Positions 12,083-23,079 of a DNA stretch of 64,000 nt are shown here, one piece after another (position 1 is the stretch's first letter; the number at the start of each line of letters is the position of its first letter). A model generated the notes under the pieces. The model made no database searches. It saw only the letters and a list, made by a program, of their open reading frames with translations, and was not told where the DNA came from. The DNA comes from Prasinococcaceae sp. CCMP 1430 (lineage: Eukaryota; Plantae; Prasinodermophyta). Both the position numbers and the translations under genes were made by a program. The DNA lies in contig RQSC01000018.1 in NCBI GenBank assembly GCA_013416795.1, positions 131,274-195,273 of the forward strand, in the 5' to 3' direction.

Positions 12083-12766
12083 TTAGGCGACGAACGACTC
12101 GGCTATCTTGCGCAGCTTGTCCTCGCCATTGCTCCACTGGTCGTCCGAGGCGGTCACGGCGAGCAGGCAGACGCACTCGCCGCGCGCGGCGACCGAGACG
12201 AAGCCGCGCTCCTGCCCCGGCTTGGCGTACGGGCTGAAGATCTCGTACTCGTAGTAGGTCTGCCCGTCGCGCGTCGTCTCAGCCGTGGCCATCACCTCGT
12301 CGTCCGGGTCGAGCGTGTTTCCGGTCACGTACGGCCCGAGCGAGGTGATGATGCCGCGCGTGTCGCCAATCTCGTCGATGCGCAGGCCTGGCGGGGCGCC
12401 GTTGGTGAGCTTGTCCTGCGGCGACACCCACACCTGCACGTGGCCCTCCTTGCCTCCAAACTCGACCTCCACCCACGGCTCGCCGCACTGCGGCTGGCAG
12501 TAGCTGCCGCTGAGGATGTTGGCCACCTGCAGCTGCTTCCACGTCGCGGGCAGGTCGAGCTCGTAGAACTCGACCACACCCGCGCGCAGGCCCGGCGTCT
12601 CCCTCTTGTCCGGCACGAAGTGCACGAAGCCATTGGCGTCGGGCGTGAGCACCTCGCCGAGCGTGGTGCCCTTTGCGCCCACCAGCGCGTCCGCGTCGCG
12701 CGGCCGCGCGAGCCGCGGCAGCGCGAGCGCCGACGAGGAGGCGGTGGTAGATATGGCGATCGTACC
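12083..12766 (-). CDS. PPD6: PsbP-domain thylakoid lumen protein, PPD6-like (5' end uncertain)
   Basis: GSYCQPQCGEPWVEVEF, SLGPYVTGNT, QTYYEYEI and LLAVTASDDQW resemble plant PsbP domain-containing protein 6. Confidence 0.8.
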   Translation of the reverse strand, partial: GTIAISTTASSSALALPRLARPRDADALVGAKGTTLGEVLTPDANGFVHFVPDKRETPGLRAGVVEFYELDLPATWKQLQVANILSGSYCQPQCGEPWVEVEFGGKEGHVQVWVSPQDKLTNGAPPGLRIDEIGDTRGIITSLGPYVTGNTLDPDDEVMATAETTRDGQTYYEYEIFSPYAKPGQERGFVSVAARGECVCLLAVTASDDQWSNGEDKLRKIAESFVA

Positions 12767-13167
12767 AGACGTGCAGCGACGTCTCGAGTGGCGCGGCCGC
12801 GGCCCCGCGCCGGGGTGCCGGCCAGCTGGTCGCAGCGAGCGCGCGCCGCCCCCGAGCGGATAAGAAAACTCAATCAAAACCCTGAACCCCAAACATATGC
12901 ACACGAATGCGTGCACCCCCGCGGACCCCACGGCTGTGGTCCTCGCTGTCGGTGTGGCCGCGCGCGGCCCAGGCGGCGCTCGCTCGCTCGCACTCGGGCG
13001 CTCGCTAGCGCGTGCGATCACGCGCTCGCTTCGCGCGCGCGCGAATGCACATGCAAGCGTGTGCGCCCCAAGCGGAGCTTTACAGGGGAGCGGTCTCCAC
13101 GCGGCTGCGGCGCGCGCAGAGCGCCGAGGCCCCGCGCGTGCGCTCGCGCGCAAGCGCAATCACTCCG

Positions 13168-13219
<52 letters not shown>

Positions 13220-13319
13220 NNNNNNNNNNNNNNNNNNNNNNNNNNNNNNNNNNNNNNNNNNNNNNNNNNNNNNNNNNNNNNNNNNNNNNNNNNNNNNNNN
13301 NNNNNNNNNNNNNNNNNNN
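13168..13319. repeat. Poly-C run (13168-13219) followed by a 100-N assembly gap (13220-13319)
   Basis: Read directly from the sequence; the homopolymer probably caused the assembly break. Confidence 0.95.
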
Positions 13320-13769
13320 TTCGCACGCGGCGCGTTCAGGCACCAGCAGGCACCCCATTCGGTCGGCCGGGCTGATGGACGACGCAGCCAGGCCAGGCCG
13401 CTCGCACACGACGCCATCAAAACGCTTTACAACGCTCCCGTGGTTACATCTGAAGTAGACCTGCACCATATGGTGTGAGGGTCGTGACCTGACTTGCGTC
13501 ACGGAAAGCGAAAGCGGGGTAGGCAGACGCAGACATACGGCACCAAGCAGGCGTCCCGCCGGGCGAAACGGCGGGAGTCTGATGGCCAAATTCGTGGCGG
13601 GAAATGGGCGCGCGGGGGAAATCCGCCCTGCCTGGGCCGCGATCGGCGATGAGGTGCTCAGCGCGCTGCTGCCGCTGCCAGCGGCGAGGGGGGAGGGCGA
13701 CGGCGCCCGCCGTCGGCGCCACTCGCTGCGCGCCGCGCAGCACGGGGGAGCGCGGGGTGGTGGGCGACG

Positions 13770-14640
13770 ATGCCGTACCCGTTCGAATACTTCAAGGCGG
13801 AGAAGGTGCGCGCGCGCGCGCGCGCGGCGCGCACCGGTGCAGAGGTGGCGCGGTGAGGAGGGGGGGGGGGCTGCTGCGCGCCAGCGTGAGAGAGGACGTG
13901 TGGCATGGGGGGGAACAGGGGAGAGTGCCTCGCGCAGAGCGCGTGCGCGAACGCGCTGGACATGCGCTGACGCCAACAACGTTTGCGCACTCATGCTCGG
14001 TGGCGTGGCGTCCACACGACGATGTGCGCCGGCGCTCGGCCCGCTCTCCCCCGCGTGTGCCGCAGAAGACTGAAGATGCCGCTGCGACCAGGGAGGGCGA
14101 GGATGGCGAGAAGGGCGAGGACGGGGAGAAGGCGGAGTGCGGCTTCTGCGTGTTCATGAAAGCCGGCCCTTGCGGGGAAGTTTTCGAGGCGTGGGAGAAG
14201 GTCAGTCGTGCCGCGTTCAGAGCTGAGCAGCGCTACAGCGGTGGGATCTGCACATGCGCGATGCATGCCGCGGCACTGCGCAGCGCCGCGCTGCAGTTGC
14301 TGGTCGACGTCAGTGTCTGCAATCGTGTGCTATGCGCTCGTACTGACGCAGGTTTCGCCCCTCGGGTGCGCTGTGCCACTGCGTGAACGGACTGGCCCCG
14401 GTGTCGCAGTGCGTGGAGGACGGCCGCACGAGCGGGGAGGACTTCGTCGAGAGCTGCCTAGAGCCCACCATGGCGCTCAAAAACTGCATGGAGAGCAACC
14501 CGGAGTACTATAGCCCGGTCCTCGAGGCCGAGAAAACGGCTGCCGCGGGCTCGGGCGTGGAGGGCGATGAATCTGGCAGCGACGCGGCCCATGGGTCTGA
14601 GGGCAAGGCGCCGGCGCCTGCGTCCAAGACGGAGAAGTGA
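13770..14640 (+). CDS. GCK-domain / twin-CX9C small protein (probably mitochondrial intermembrane space), 3 exons
   Basis: Exons 13770-13805, 14066-14200 and 14410-14640 (phase-0 GT-AG) give ECGFCVFMKAGPCGEVFEAWEK|CVEDG...ESCLEPTMALKNCMESNPEYYSPVL, matching plant GCK-domain proteins. Confidence 0.85.
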
Positions 14641-15381
14641 GCCTAATTTGACTACCTGCGCAAGCGGGCCGGTCCCCCGCGTAATTTTTTCCCCCTCACG
14701 CACGGATGCTGCGCCGCGCCGCCGCGCGGCGTCGCCACCGCGCTGCGCACGCCGCTGCGTGCATGCGGCCCGCGCGTGCGCTCGTGTGCTCGCGCGAGCG
14801 AGAGGGCGAGGGGGAGGGGGGCGGACAGGCTCGCAGGCAGGGCAGCCTTCCAGCCTCGTGTGCTCGGACGCAAACTGTTGAGGCGTTCCATCCCCGCTGC
14901 AGCAGAAATCGCATCGCTTGCCAGGAGGTGTGTCACAAACGAGCGATGGTACTGATACCAGTCCTTTTTTTTTTAACAAAAACGATCTCCATGGGGTGTC
15001 GCAACAATCCATTTTGATGTGTGTGTGTTTTTTTTTGGTGTCGCCGCACGACATGTGCGCGCAGCGGCCTGGCGCCGCCGCCAGCGGCAGCGGTGCGTTC
15101 GGCGCGGCGGCGGCAGCTCAGCACGCCACGCCTGCCGAGAGGCGTGAGGGGGGGGGGGGGCGAGGGGGAGAGGACCGAGAGACAGGCCCCTGGCGCCGCG
15201 GTGCCACGCGCATAGCCGGCGCCTGCAGCGGGCCAGCGCAGGCAGTGCATGCGCGCCGTCGGCAGTCGAAAGCTGCGCCGCTTTTTTTTTTTTAACTTGA
15301 AGTGCGCCCGCTCCAGTAGCGAGTAGGTTCCCCGGCCGACGCACCACAGGGTGCGCGGCGGCGCAGGGGGGGGGGGGCGCG

Positions 15382-16611
15382 ATGGGACGCGGCGGCGATG
15401 CGGGCATGCGGGGTGCGGCCGAGGTGCGGGCAGCGGCAGCTCCCGCGGTAAAGGCGCCACCGCCGCTCCTCGAACGGCGCGCGCCGCACGGCGCGCCGCC
15501 GGTGACGTTCGCACAGCTGAAGGCGGCGGTGCCGGCGCACTGCTTCGAGCGCAGCGCGCTGCGCTCGCTCGCACACCTCGCGGCCGACCTCGCGTGCGTC
15601 GGCGCGTGTCTCGGCTTCGCGCTGTGGCTCGACGCGTCGCCGATGGTGGCCGCATGGCCGGCAGCTGTGCGCTACGCTGCGTGGGGGGCGTACGCGTTGG
15701 CGTGCGGGTGCTTCGGCACGGGCCTGTGGGTGCTCGCCCACGAGTGCGGCCACGGCGCCTTCTCCGCCAGCCCGCTGCTAAACGACCTCGTGGGCTTCGT
15801 GGTGCATAGCTTCCTAGGCGTACCCTACTTCAGCTGGAAGTATTCGCACGCGCGCCACCACGGCGGCACGAACTCGATGGAGCGCGACGAGGTGTTCGTG
15901 CCCATGCGCGAGGCGGAGGCGCCGTTGATGAACTTCTCGTGGGGCTACTCGCTGCCCGTGCGCCTCTTTTACATGGTCGTCACCTTCACCGCCGGCTGGC
16001 CGCTCTACCTCGCCGTGAATGCGGCGTCGCGCAAGCACGATGGCCGCGCGCTCGTGTCGCATTTCGATCCGACCGCGCCAATCTTCAACAAGCGCGAGCG
16101 CGCCTACGTGTTGCTGAGCGACGCGGGACTCATCGGCGCGGGCTACGGCCTGTGGAGGGTCGCGCAGGCCTTCGGCTACGACGCTCTCGCCAGGTACTAT
16201 GTGGCACCCCTCATGGTCGTCAACTTCTGGCTGGTGATGATCACGTGGCTGCAGCACACGCACCCGTCGGTGCCCCACTACAGCGGCGAGCAGTGGACGT
16301 GGCTCAAGGGCGCGCTGAGCACCGTCGACCGTTCCTACGGCTACGTGCTCGATCGCGTCTTTCACCGCATCGCCGACTTGCACGTGGCGCACCACCTCTT
16401 CTCGTACATCCCCTTTTACCACGCCGAGGAGGTCACCAAGATCATCAAGCCAATGCTCGGCGAATACTACCTCGAGGACACGAGGCCCATCTTCAAGGCG
16501 CTGTGGGAGGACTGGGCGGCGTGCCGCTACGTCGCACCCGAGGACGAGTCAGGCCCTGACGTGCTCTGGTGGCAGGTCGCCTCCAGACCTGCGAAGAGCA
16601 AGAGCACGTAG
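15382..16611 (+). CDS. FAD2: Omega-6 (delta-12) fatty acid desaturase, ER type
   Basis: Three His boxes HECGH, HARHH and HVAHH; also CFERSALRS, WKYSH, GALSTVDRSYG. Confidence 0.95.
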   Translation: MGRGGDAGMRGAAEVRAAAAPAVKAPPPLLERRAPHGAPPVTFAQLKAAVPAHCFERSALRSLAHLAADLACVGACLGFALWLDASPMVAAWPAAVRYAAWGAYALACGCFGTGLWVLAHECGHGAFSASPLLNDLVGFVVHSFLGVPYFSWKYSHARHHGGTNSMERDEVFVPMREAEAPLMNFSWGYSLPVRLFYMVVTFTAGWPLYLAVNAASRKHDGRALVSHFDPTAPIFNKRERAYVLLSDAGLIGAGYGLWRVAQAFGYDALARYYVAPLMVVNFWLVMITWLQHTHPSVPHYSGEQWTWLKGALSTVDRSYGYVLDRVFHRIADLHVAHHLFSYIPFYHAEEVTKIIKPMLGEYYLEDTRPIFKALWEDWAACRYVAPEDESGPDVLWWQVASRPAKSKST

Positions 16612-16797
16612 CCAGCCGCGGCCTTGTCATAATAACCAAACGCCTAACTGTTTCTTTTTTGTTTTAGTCCAGCTCGGTACACGCGCGCACTGTGTGTTTG
16701 CTGTGCGTCGCCGGCCCCAGCGTACCTGTGGTACAGTATTAGGACAATTTCTTATGTATATGTACGGTAGGTCACATGTGTAAGTGTGCGCTTGCCC

Positions 16798-18506
16798 TTA
16801 GATGGCCTTGCTCAGCTGCGCGTGGGCGAGCGTGGGCGAGTCATCGGCATTGGCGGCGTGGTGGGTGTAGAGCGAGAGCGCAGTAAACGCGGCTGAAACG
16901 CAGAACACCTTGTCGAACAGCCTGTGGAAGTGCTCGAAGGGCACGTCGCCGCCCATGGCCTCCTCGATGGCGAGCCTGTGGTCGTCACGCAAGTTAACGC
17001 GGATGAGCAGCACGCTCGACAGGAAATACAAGCCCATGATCTCAGTGACGAAGAGCAGAAGCGACGTCGTGCCCGCCACCCCACGCACCGCGGCCGTGCC
17101 ACCGGCCAGTCGCGCCACCCTCATTGAGGTCACGGCGAAGCGCCGCAGCGAAAGGACCGTCAGTATGCCGATGAGCGCCAGGCTGCACCATTGCGCGATG
17201 GCCTTGGCCTGCTCCTTGGATAATTGCAGCCCGCCGAGGGATCCAACTGCCGCCAGTGAGCGCGTGAGCGTGATCACGGGATCCGATATCTGGCCAGAGT
17301 CGCCGAAGAGCACGTTCTTCATGCTCAGCAGCACTCGGCCCGCGCAACACAGCGCTCCGATGCCGAGCAGCGCGGTCCACACCTGGGAGGGCGTCGCGTG
17401 TCGCGGCGCGCCGGTCAGTGATGCGGCACGTTTTGAGGGGTGCGCGCGCGCTCTGTGGGCAGTCGCATGTGAGGGTGTGTTCACACAGGCGCACGCACCA
17501 TTCCCAGGGCCGAACGAGCCTGCTGCGTCCGCTCGTGCGCCTCGTGGAGCTCGGCAAGCTCGAGAAAAGCCGTGCGGCTTACGTCCTCGAGCATCACAGC
17601 CTCACGCTCGAGCTGCTCCGCGCTCGCTCGCTCTCGGGCGGCCGCGCTGCGGGCCCCACCGCGAACGAGCTTCGTCACGCGCCTGAGCGAGCCGAAGATG
17701 CCCCCCTTGGACAGTCTCCCGTCCGCGCCGCCCGAGTCGCCGTTGCCCCCATTAAGCCTGCTTGCCTGCGCGAGCGCGCCAACGCGGCGCTCCTCGCGTC
17801 GCGCGAGCGCTGCCCGCCTCCTCTTGGCGGCGACGCTCTCCATGCAGTTGCGCACGCGCGCTGTCGCAGCAGCCACTTCGATCTCGCTGACGCGCTGCTT
17901 GAGTCGATACAGGTACTGCACGGGCAGGTTGACCGCTCCGAAGCCCGAGAGCACAGCCAGCAGCAGCACGCCCACGACGCTCAGGCGTGACACAGCCTGC
18001 GCCGTTGAAATCAGCGGGCCGTCGGGCGTTGGGAAGTACCAGCCGACGGCGAGCAACGACGCGAGGCATCCCAGCGTCGCAATCGCGGCACCCGCGAGCG
18101 CGCGCGTCGTCCGCACCCCTTCGAGGCGCAGCGCGAGAAACGCGTGCGCCGCCGGCAGCGCGCCGGCGAGGAGGACGAGCAGGAGCGACACGTGCAGGCG
18201 CCACGCGACCGCGCGTGCGTGCGGAGGCAGCGTTCCAGTCACCTCGTAGAGGACGAGGGTGAGAAGGTCCGTCGCGCATGCGAAGGTCGCGACGAAGGCT
18301 GCACGCGCCGCCGCCGTCGCCGGCTTGCCGGAGGCAGCCTCGAGCGCCGGCGACAGTTTCTCCCGCAGGAAGAGCGCTCCGACACAAGCGAGCGCAGCGG
18401 GCGGCCCGACCGTCTGCGCCGCGCATAGCAGGCCCGGCAGCGCGCCGCCATCGCCGCCGCCGCCAGATTGCGCGGACATCTCCTTCACCCCCAGCGCGGA
18501 GTCCAT
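16798..18506 (-). CDS. GPR89: GPR89/GTG (Golgi pH regulator, GPCR-type G protein) homolog, 2 exons
   Basis: SRLSVVGVLLLAVLSGFGAVNLP, a central coiled-coil with LE..SRTAFLELAEL, then after an intron (~17497-17383) ISDPVITL, WCSLALIGILTVLSLR, EIMGLYFLSSVLLIRVNL, FHRLFDKVF. Confidence 0.9.
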
Positions 18507-19542
18507 TGTGCCAGCCGTGGACGTACGCTGCCCCCGCACCACGCTCGCCCCCCCGGCCCCTCTCCTCGCCCCTTGTCACGCCGCAGCGCTCCCGACCTCG
18601 TGTCGTGGCGCGCACCTCGCCCACTCCGCACCGCGCGCGCGCGAAGAGCGCGCGCAGTGTGGCATGCTGCAGCATCGCCCCCCCACCCCCCCACCCTGCC
18701 TCGCCCCCTGGTCGGGCCCGCCTGCAGCGCAGCAGCGGCGCAGCGCATCCGGTGCTGTTCGGGTTCGGAACCCGCCACAAACAAGCACAATTTCAGTTTG
18801 GGTTGCAGCGCGCACTCGTGAATTTTGGGCCACGTTTTGGTCATGCGATTCGATGGTGTACCATCACGATGGCAGGCTGCAGGAGTGGAAGTTTGCGAGA
18901 CTGGCCCAAATCGCCTTCATTTTGTACTGCAAGACAGACGCGAACCGATCCTGATCCTCATTAGGCGGTGGGGGAAAAAAAAACTTTTTTTCCCGCCACG
19001 GGGCGAAGGCGGTGAGGGGATGGCGGCGGCGGCGAGCGGCGGCGCCTCCCCCTCTTTCCCCCTCCCCCTCGCCCCCTTCCTCCCCCCCGCTCCCGACCAG
19101 GATGGCGAGCGACGGGTAGAGTGGGGGCGGTAGCGAGGGCAGGGGTGGCGGCGGCGCGCCGGGCGCGCGTCGTTGCGCTGCGAGAGCGCCGCGGCCGCCG
19201 CCGGGGGAGGGGGGGGCGGGGCCGTACGTGGCTCAGCGCACCCCGCGCGTTTTTCGCGTGAGCATTTTTCGAACTGCTGGTGGCGATGCGTGCGCGGTGC
19301 AGGGCGGGGCGGAGTTGCGTGCCACACCTGCGCGGGCGCGCGCGGGCGCCGGAGAGGGCGGGGGATGGCGATGGCGTGGACGCCCCGGCGTCCGCGCTTG
19401 CGTACTTGTTGCCGGTGGTGGTGATGAAGATGTCGCCGGTCTCGCCGCACGCGGCTGCCGCGCGGACGGGTGCGCGTGCACGGGCAGGGGAGCGCGCCGT
19501 TCGAAAAGCGCCGAGCGCATCGCGGCAGCGGCGGCGGGCGCG

Positions 19543-22464
19543 ATGCACGTCTTCAAGCCGGCGTGGGTGGCGCATGAGGGGACGCCGATCTTCTCGGTGG
19601 ATCTGTCGTCCGATGGCGCGCGGTGTGCGACCGCGGGCAGCGACCAGAAGATCAAGGTGTGGGCGATGGCACCGATCCGCGACGCGCGCGCCGAGGCCGA
19701 TCCGCAGGGCACGCCCAAGCTCCTCGCGGTGCTCGACTCACACATGGGCAGCGTGAACGTGGTGCGCTGGTCGCACTCGGGGCGCTTCTTGGCCAGCGGC
19801 GCCGACGACAAGTGCTGCCTTGTATACGCACTCCGCCCGGGTGGTGCTGCTGCGCGCTTCGGCGCGGCCGAGGGCGAGGGCGGCATAGAGAACTGGAGGG
19901 TCGTGCGTACTCTGCGCGGCCACGCTGCCGACGTGACCGACCTGGCCTGGGCGCCTGACGACGCGCTGCTGGCGACGTGCTCGGTCGACAACACGGTGCG
20001 CGTGTGGGATGGCGAGGGCGCGCTTGTGGCGACGCTGCAGGGGCACGCCAGCCTGGTGAAGGGCGTGTGCTGGGACCCGATCGGAACGTACCTCGCGACG
20101 CAGAGCGATGACAAGAGCGTGATCGTGTGGAAGACGGAAGATTGGACGCCGGCCAAGAGCATCCGGGGCCGATTCGAGAAGAGCGCCGGCTCGAGCTTCT
20201 TCCGGCGGCTGCACTGGTCGCCTGACGGGGATGCGCTCGTGTGCCCGCACGCCTACCAGCAGCCGTCGCACACAGCGACCGTGCTCGATCGCTCCGACTT
20301 CGAGTCGAAGTTCGACCTGGTCGGGCACAAGCAGCCGGTCGTGGCGGTGCGATTTTCGCCGTCGATTTATACGCGCAAGGGTGCGGAGAGCGCAGGGCAG
20401 CACTTCACGGTCATCGCCGTCGGCTCGAAGGATAACAAGATGACCATCTGGACCACTGGCAAGACCAAGCCGCTGGCCATCGTGCGCGACTGCTTTGAGC
20501 AGAGCATCGTCGACATCAGCTGGGGGCGCAAGGGCGACAGACTCATGGCCGCAAGCCTAGATGGAACCGTCACTTACATCGAGTTCGGCAAGGAGGAACT
20601 CGGAACGCCGCTCGCGGCGGATAAACACGAGGAGTACCTCGCTGAGAAGTATGGCGTCCGCAAGAAGGGGCTGTCCTTCACAGCGTCGCCCGCGCTGGTC
20701 GCGCTTGAGGCAGAGGCCGCCCAAGTCGCGCCCGTGAAGGTCGAAGGCAAGCCCAAGACCAAGCCGAATGCGTCCGCGGGAGAGCAGAAGAAGGCGCCCA
20801 GGCGCATCACGCCGATGGCGGTGGGGAACGGCGCAGCCAACGGCGCGGCCAACGGCGCGGCCAACGGCCCGGCCAACGGCGCGGCCAATGGCGAGGCCAA
20901 CGGCGAGGCCCATGGCGCCGCAAATGGCGCTGGCCTCCCCAATGCCACGGCCACACCCGCCAACGGCTCGTCACCCAAGCCAGCTCCGGCCGCCAAGCCT
21001 GCGCAGCGCGCGCCAAGTGCGGCGGCCATCAGCGCGGCGCTTCGCAGGCAACAGCAGGAGTACCGAGCTCCTGATGGCAAGCGGCGCATCGTGCCTATCC
21101 CCACCGACGGCGGCTCGCAGCCCGGTGTGCCGTTTGACGCGCCGGGGACCGACGCGGGCGGCGGCGGCGCGATGGCTCAACACCAGGCAGCGCGGCAGGT
21201 TATACCGTCACCGAGCCAGACCATGTCTGGAGGCCACATTCACGAGACGCCCGCGGCCAAACGCGTGAAGTACGGCCACGCCGCCGCGCCTGTGCTATTG
21301 GCACCTCCGGTCGCCGATGGTGAGGCCCCCATGGTGCCCTTCCACGTCCCAGAGACTTTGACGGCCGAGTTGAAGGCGATGGCGGAGGCACAGGGGGGGG
21401 TCCCCGGGGAGGCCGCGCTGGTGCTGCACGTCGCGAATCAGCGTGCTGCGCAGAGCGGCCGTTCCGGCAGCTGCGAGGTGCGAGTCACTCGAGGCGCCGA
21501 GGTCCTGTGGAAGGACTCGGTGTCGTCGACGGCCATCTCGGTTGCCGGAAACGCTCGGGTTGCGGCGATCGCGTGCCAGGATGGATCGCTGCACTGCTAC
21601 ACTGCTGCTGGTGGAAGGAGGCTCACCTGCCCGCTCATGCTTGGGGCTCCCGTCACGATGCTTCGTTTCGCGCGCAAGGGCAACGAGCTCACATTGCTCA
21701 CGCTTACCTCGGCCGGCCGCCTGCGAGTGATTGACCTCAAGGCGATGAGGACGACAGCGGACGTGGAGGTGAGCTCGCTCCTCGGGGAGGAGGGCGTCGG
21801 TGTCATCGACGCCTCACTGTCGCGCACGGGCGTGCCCACTATCACGCTTTCCTCCAGGCGCGTATACGCACTGCACGCGGGCGTGGGCTGCTGGCAGCGC
21901 GTGGTAGACGCGCAGGCATTCGAGCATTCCTCGTTTGCGTCTGTTCTGGCGCCCGCGGCGGATGCTGAGGGTGCCGATGCGCGCGAGGTGGGGGCACTGG
22001 AGGCGGGCGCGCGTGGAGGCAAGTCGCCGCAGCTGCGCAGGGCGCTGCTCGGCACCAGCGCAAAGAAGCACCAGGAGGAGACGACCCGCCACCTCGAGAC
22101 GCTCATGGCGGCTGCTCTGTCGATGGACTCGCCCGCCGAGTACAAGGACTGGCTGCGCGCGTACGCCTCGAATCTGGCTGCGGCAGCAGAGGGGGACCGG
22201 TTGAAGGAATTCTGCCAAGAGCTGCTGGGGCCGCCGCATGTTGGCAACGAAGGCGACTCTGACTGGTCGCCGTGGGTGCTGGGCATGCATTCCCGTCACC
22301 TCGTGCGCTTCGTGGTGCTGCCGGCGATGGCGAAGAGCCATGAGATGCAGCGGCTCGTGCTCGAGATAAAGGACGAGGTCGACGAGCTCTACAAGCGGCA
22401 CGGCACGCCGCCCGCGGGGAGGGACCCAGGCGCCGGCGTCACGGCAAGACCGGTGGGGAGCTGA
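19543..22464 (+). CDS. HIRA: Histone chaperone HIRA
   Basis: N-terminal WD40 (KPAWVAHEGTPIFSVD, HMGSVNVVRWS, LRGHAADVTDLAW, GHASLVKGVCWDPIGTYLATQSDD, FFRRLHWSPDG), HIRA-B motif (EYRAPDGKRRIVP), C-terminal HLETLMAAA...EYKDWLRAYA...LKEFCQELLGP. Confidence 0.96.
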   Translation: MHVFKPAWVAHEGTPIFSVDLSSDGARCATAGSDQKIKVWAMAPIRDARAEADPQGTPKLLAVLDSHMGSVNVVRWSHSGRFLASGADDKCCLVYALRPGGAAARFGAAEGEGGIENWRVVRTLRGHAADVTDLAWAPDDALLATCSVDNTVRVWDGEGALVATLQGHASLVKGVCWDPIGTYLATQSDDKSVIVWKTEDWTPAKSIRGRFEKSAGSSFFRRLHWSPDGDALVCPHAYQQPSHTATVLDRSDFESKFDLVGHKQPVVAVRFSPSIYTRKGAESAGQHFTVIAVGSKDNKMTIWTTGKTKPLAIVRDCFEQSIVDISWGRKGDRLMAASLDGTVTYIEFGKEELGTPLAADKHEEYLAEKYGVRKKGLSFTASPALVALEAEAAQVAPVKVEGKPKTKPNASAGEQKKAPRRITPMAVGNGAANGAANGAANGPANGAANGEANGEAHGAANGAGLPNATATPANGSSPKPAPAAKPAQRAPSAAAISAALRRQQQEYRAPDGKRRIVPIPTDGGSQPGVPFDAPGTDAGGGGAMAQHQAARQVIPSPSQTMSGGHIHETPAAKRVKYGHAAAPVLLAPPVADGEAPMVPFHVPETLTAELKAMAEAQGGVPGEAALVLHVANQRAAQSGRSGSCEVRVTRGAEVLWKDSVSSTAISVAGNARVAAIACQDGSLHCYTAAGGRRLTCPLMLGAPVTMLRFARKGNELTLLTLTSAGRLRVIDLKAMRTTADVEVSSLLGEEGVGVIDASLSRTGVPTITLSSRRVYALHAGVGCWQRVVDAQAFEHSSFASVLAPAADAEGADAREVGALEAGARGGKSPQLRRALLGTSAKKHQEETTRHLETLMAAALSMDSPAEYKDWLRAYASNLAAAAEGDRLKEFCQELLGPPHVGNEGDSDWSPWVLGMHSRHLVRFVVLPAMAKSHEMQRLVLEIKDEVDELYKRHGTPPAGRDPGAGVTARPVGS
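20827..20931 (+). repeat. 12-bp coding tandem repeat (AAYGGCGNGGCC)n encoding (NGAA/NGEA)n in the HIRA linker
   Basis: About 9 imperfect units read directly: aac ggc gca gcc aac ggc gcg gcc aac ggc ... Confidence 0.85.
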
Positions 22465-23079
22465 CCCGAGCTTGACCTCGTAAGAGCTCTGTATTCTACT
22501 GCGCAAGGTCTCAGACCCGCGCGACCGGGGACGCTCGCACTTGCCTGCGCGCTCACCACGGGGCGGAGGATAAAAAGGTGCCAGCGCGCTCCATTCCCCA
22601 AAACACGGAACCAACCGTCGACCGCGGCACAAAAGCGCCTTGCATCCGAATGCACACGGACGGGCGCGACGCCGCGAAAGCGAAAGCGGATCTGCGAGCC
22701 CCGCACAAACCGACAAGATCGCGGAGATCTTTCCCGAGGATATTTCGTGTAGGCGCGGACGGGAAAGGACGCACTGTCGAAACGACATACGTATCGGTTT
22801 TCTTTGGTTGGTTCTGACTTATGGCACCTGCGGCGGGCGGGGGTTCTGGGCTGCCCGCAACAACCGTCCTCGCTGGCGCGCGCGACGCTTTCCCCCCGAC
22901 CCCAACCCCCCCACACAGCACGCGTGCGCGCCGCAGCGGGGCGGGGCAGGGAGGGGCCGAGGTGGCGCCGCGGGACGGGGAGGTGGGGCGAGTGGGCGTG
23001 GGACGGTGCGGCCCTGCGCGCGGCCCGGGGTTTGGGTGGGTGGGGGCTCCCGCCGCGGGCGCTTCGGCCGCACGGCGCG

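Noticed and set aside
13168-13319. 'Polyproline/polyglycine' ORFs from the poly-C run
   Set aside because: Homopolymer adjacent to an N-gap; an assembly-edge feature, not coding evidence.
20827-20931. 12-bp repeat array as a CRISPR or satellite
   Set aside because: No spacers; it is an in-frame coding repeat (NGAA)n inside the disordered HIRA linker.
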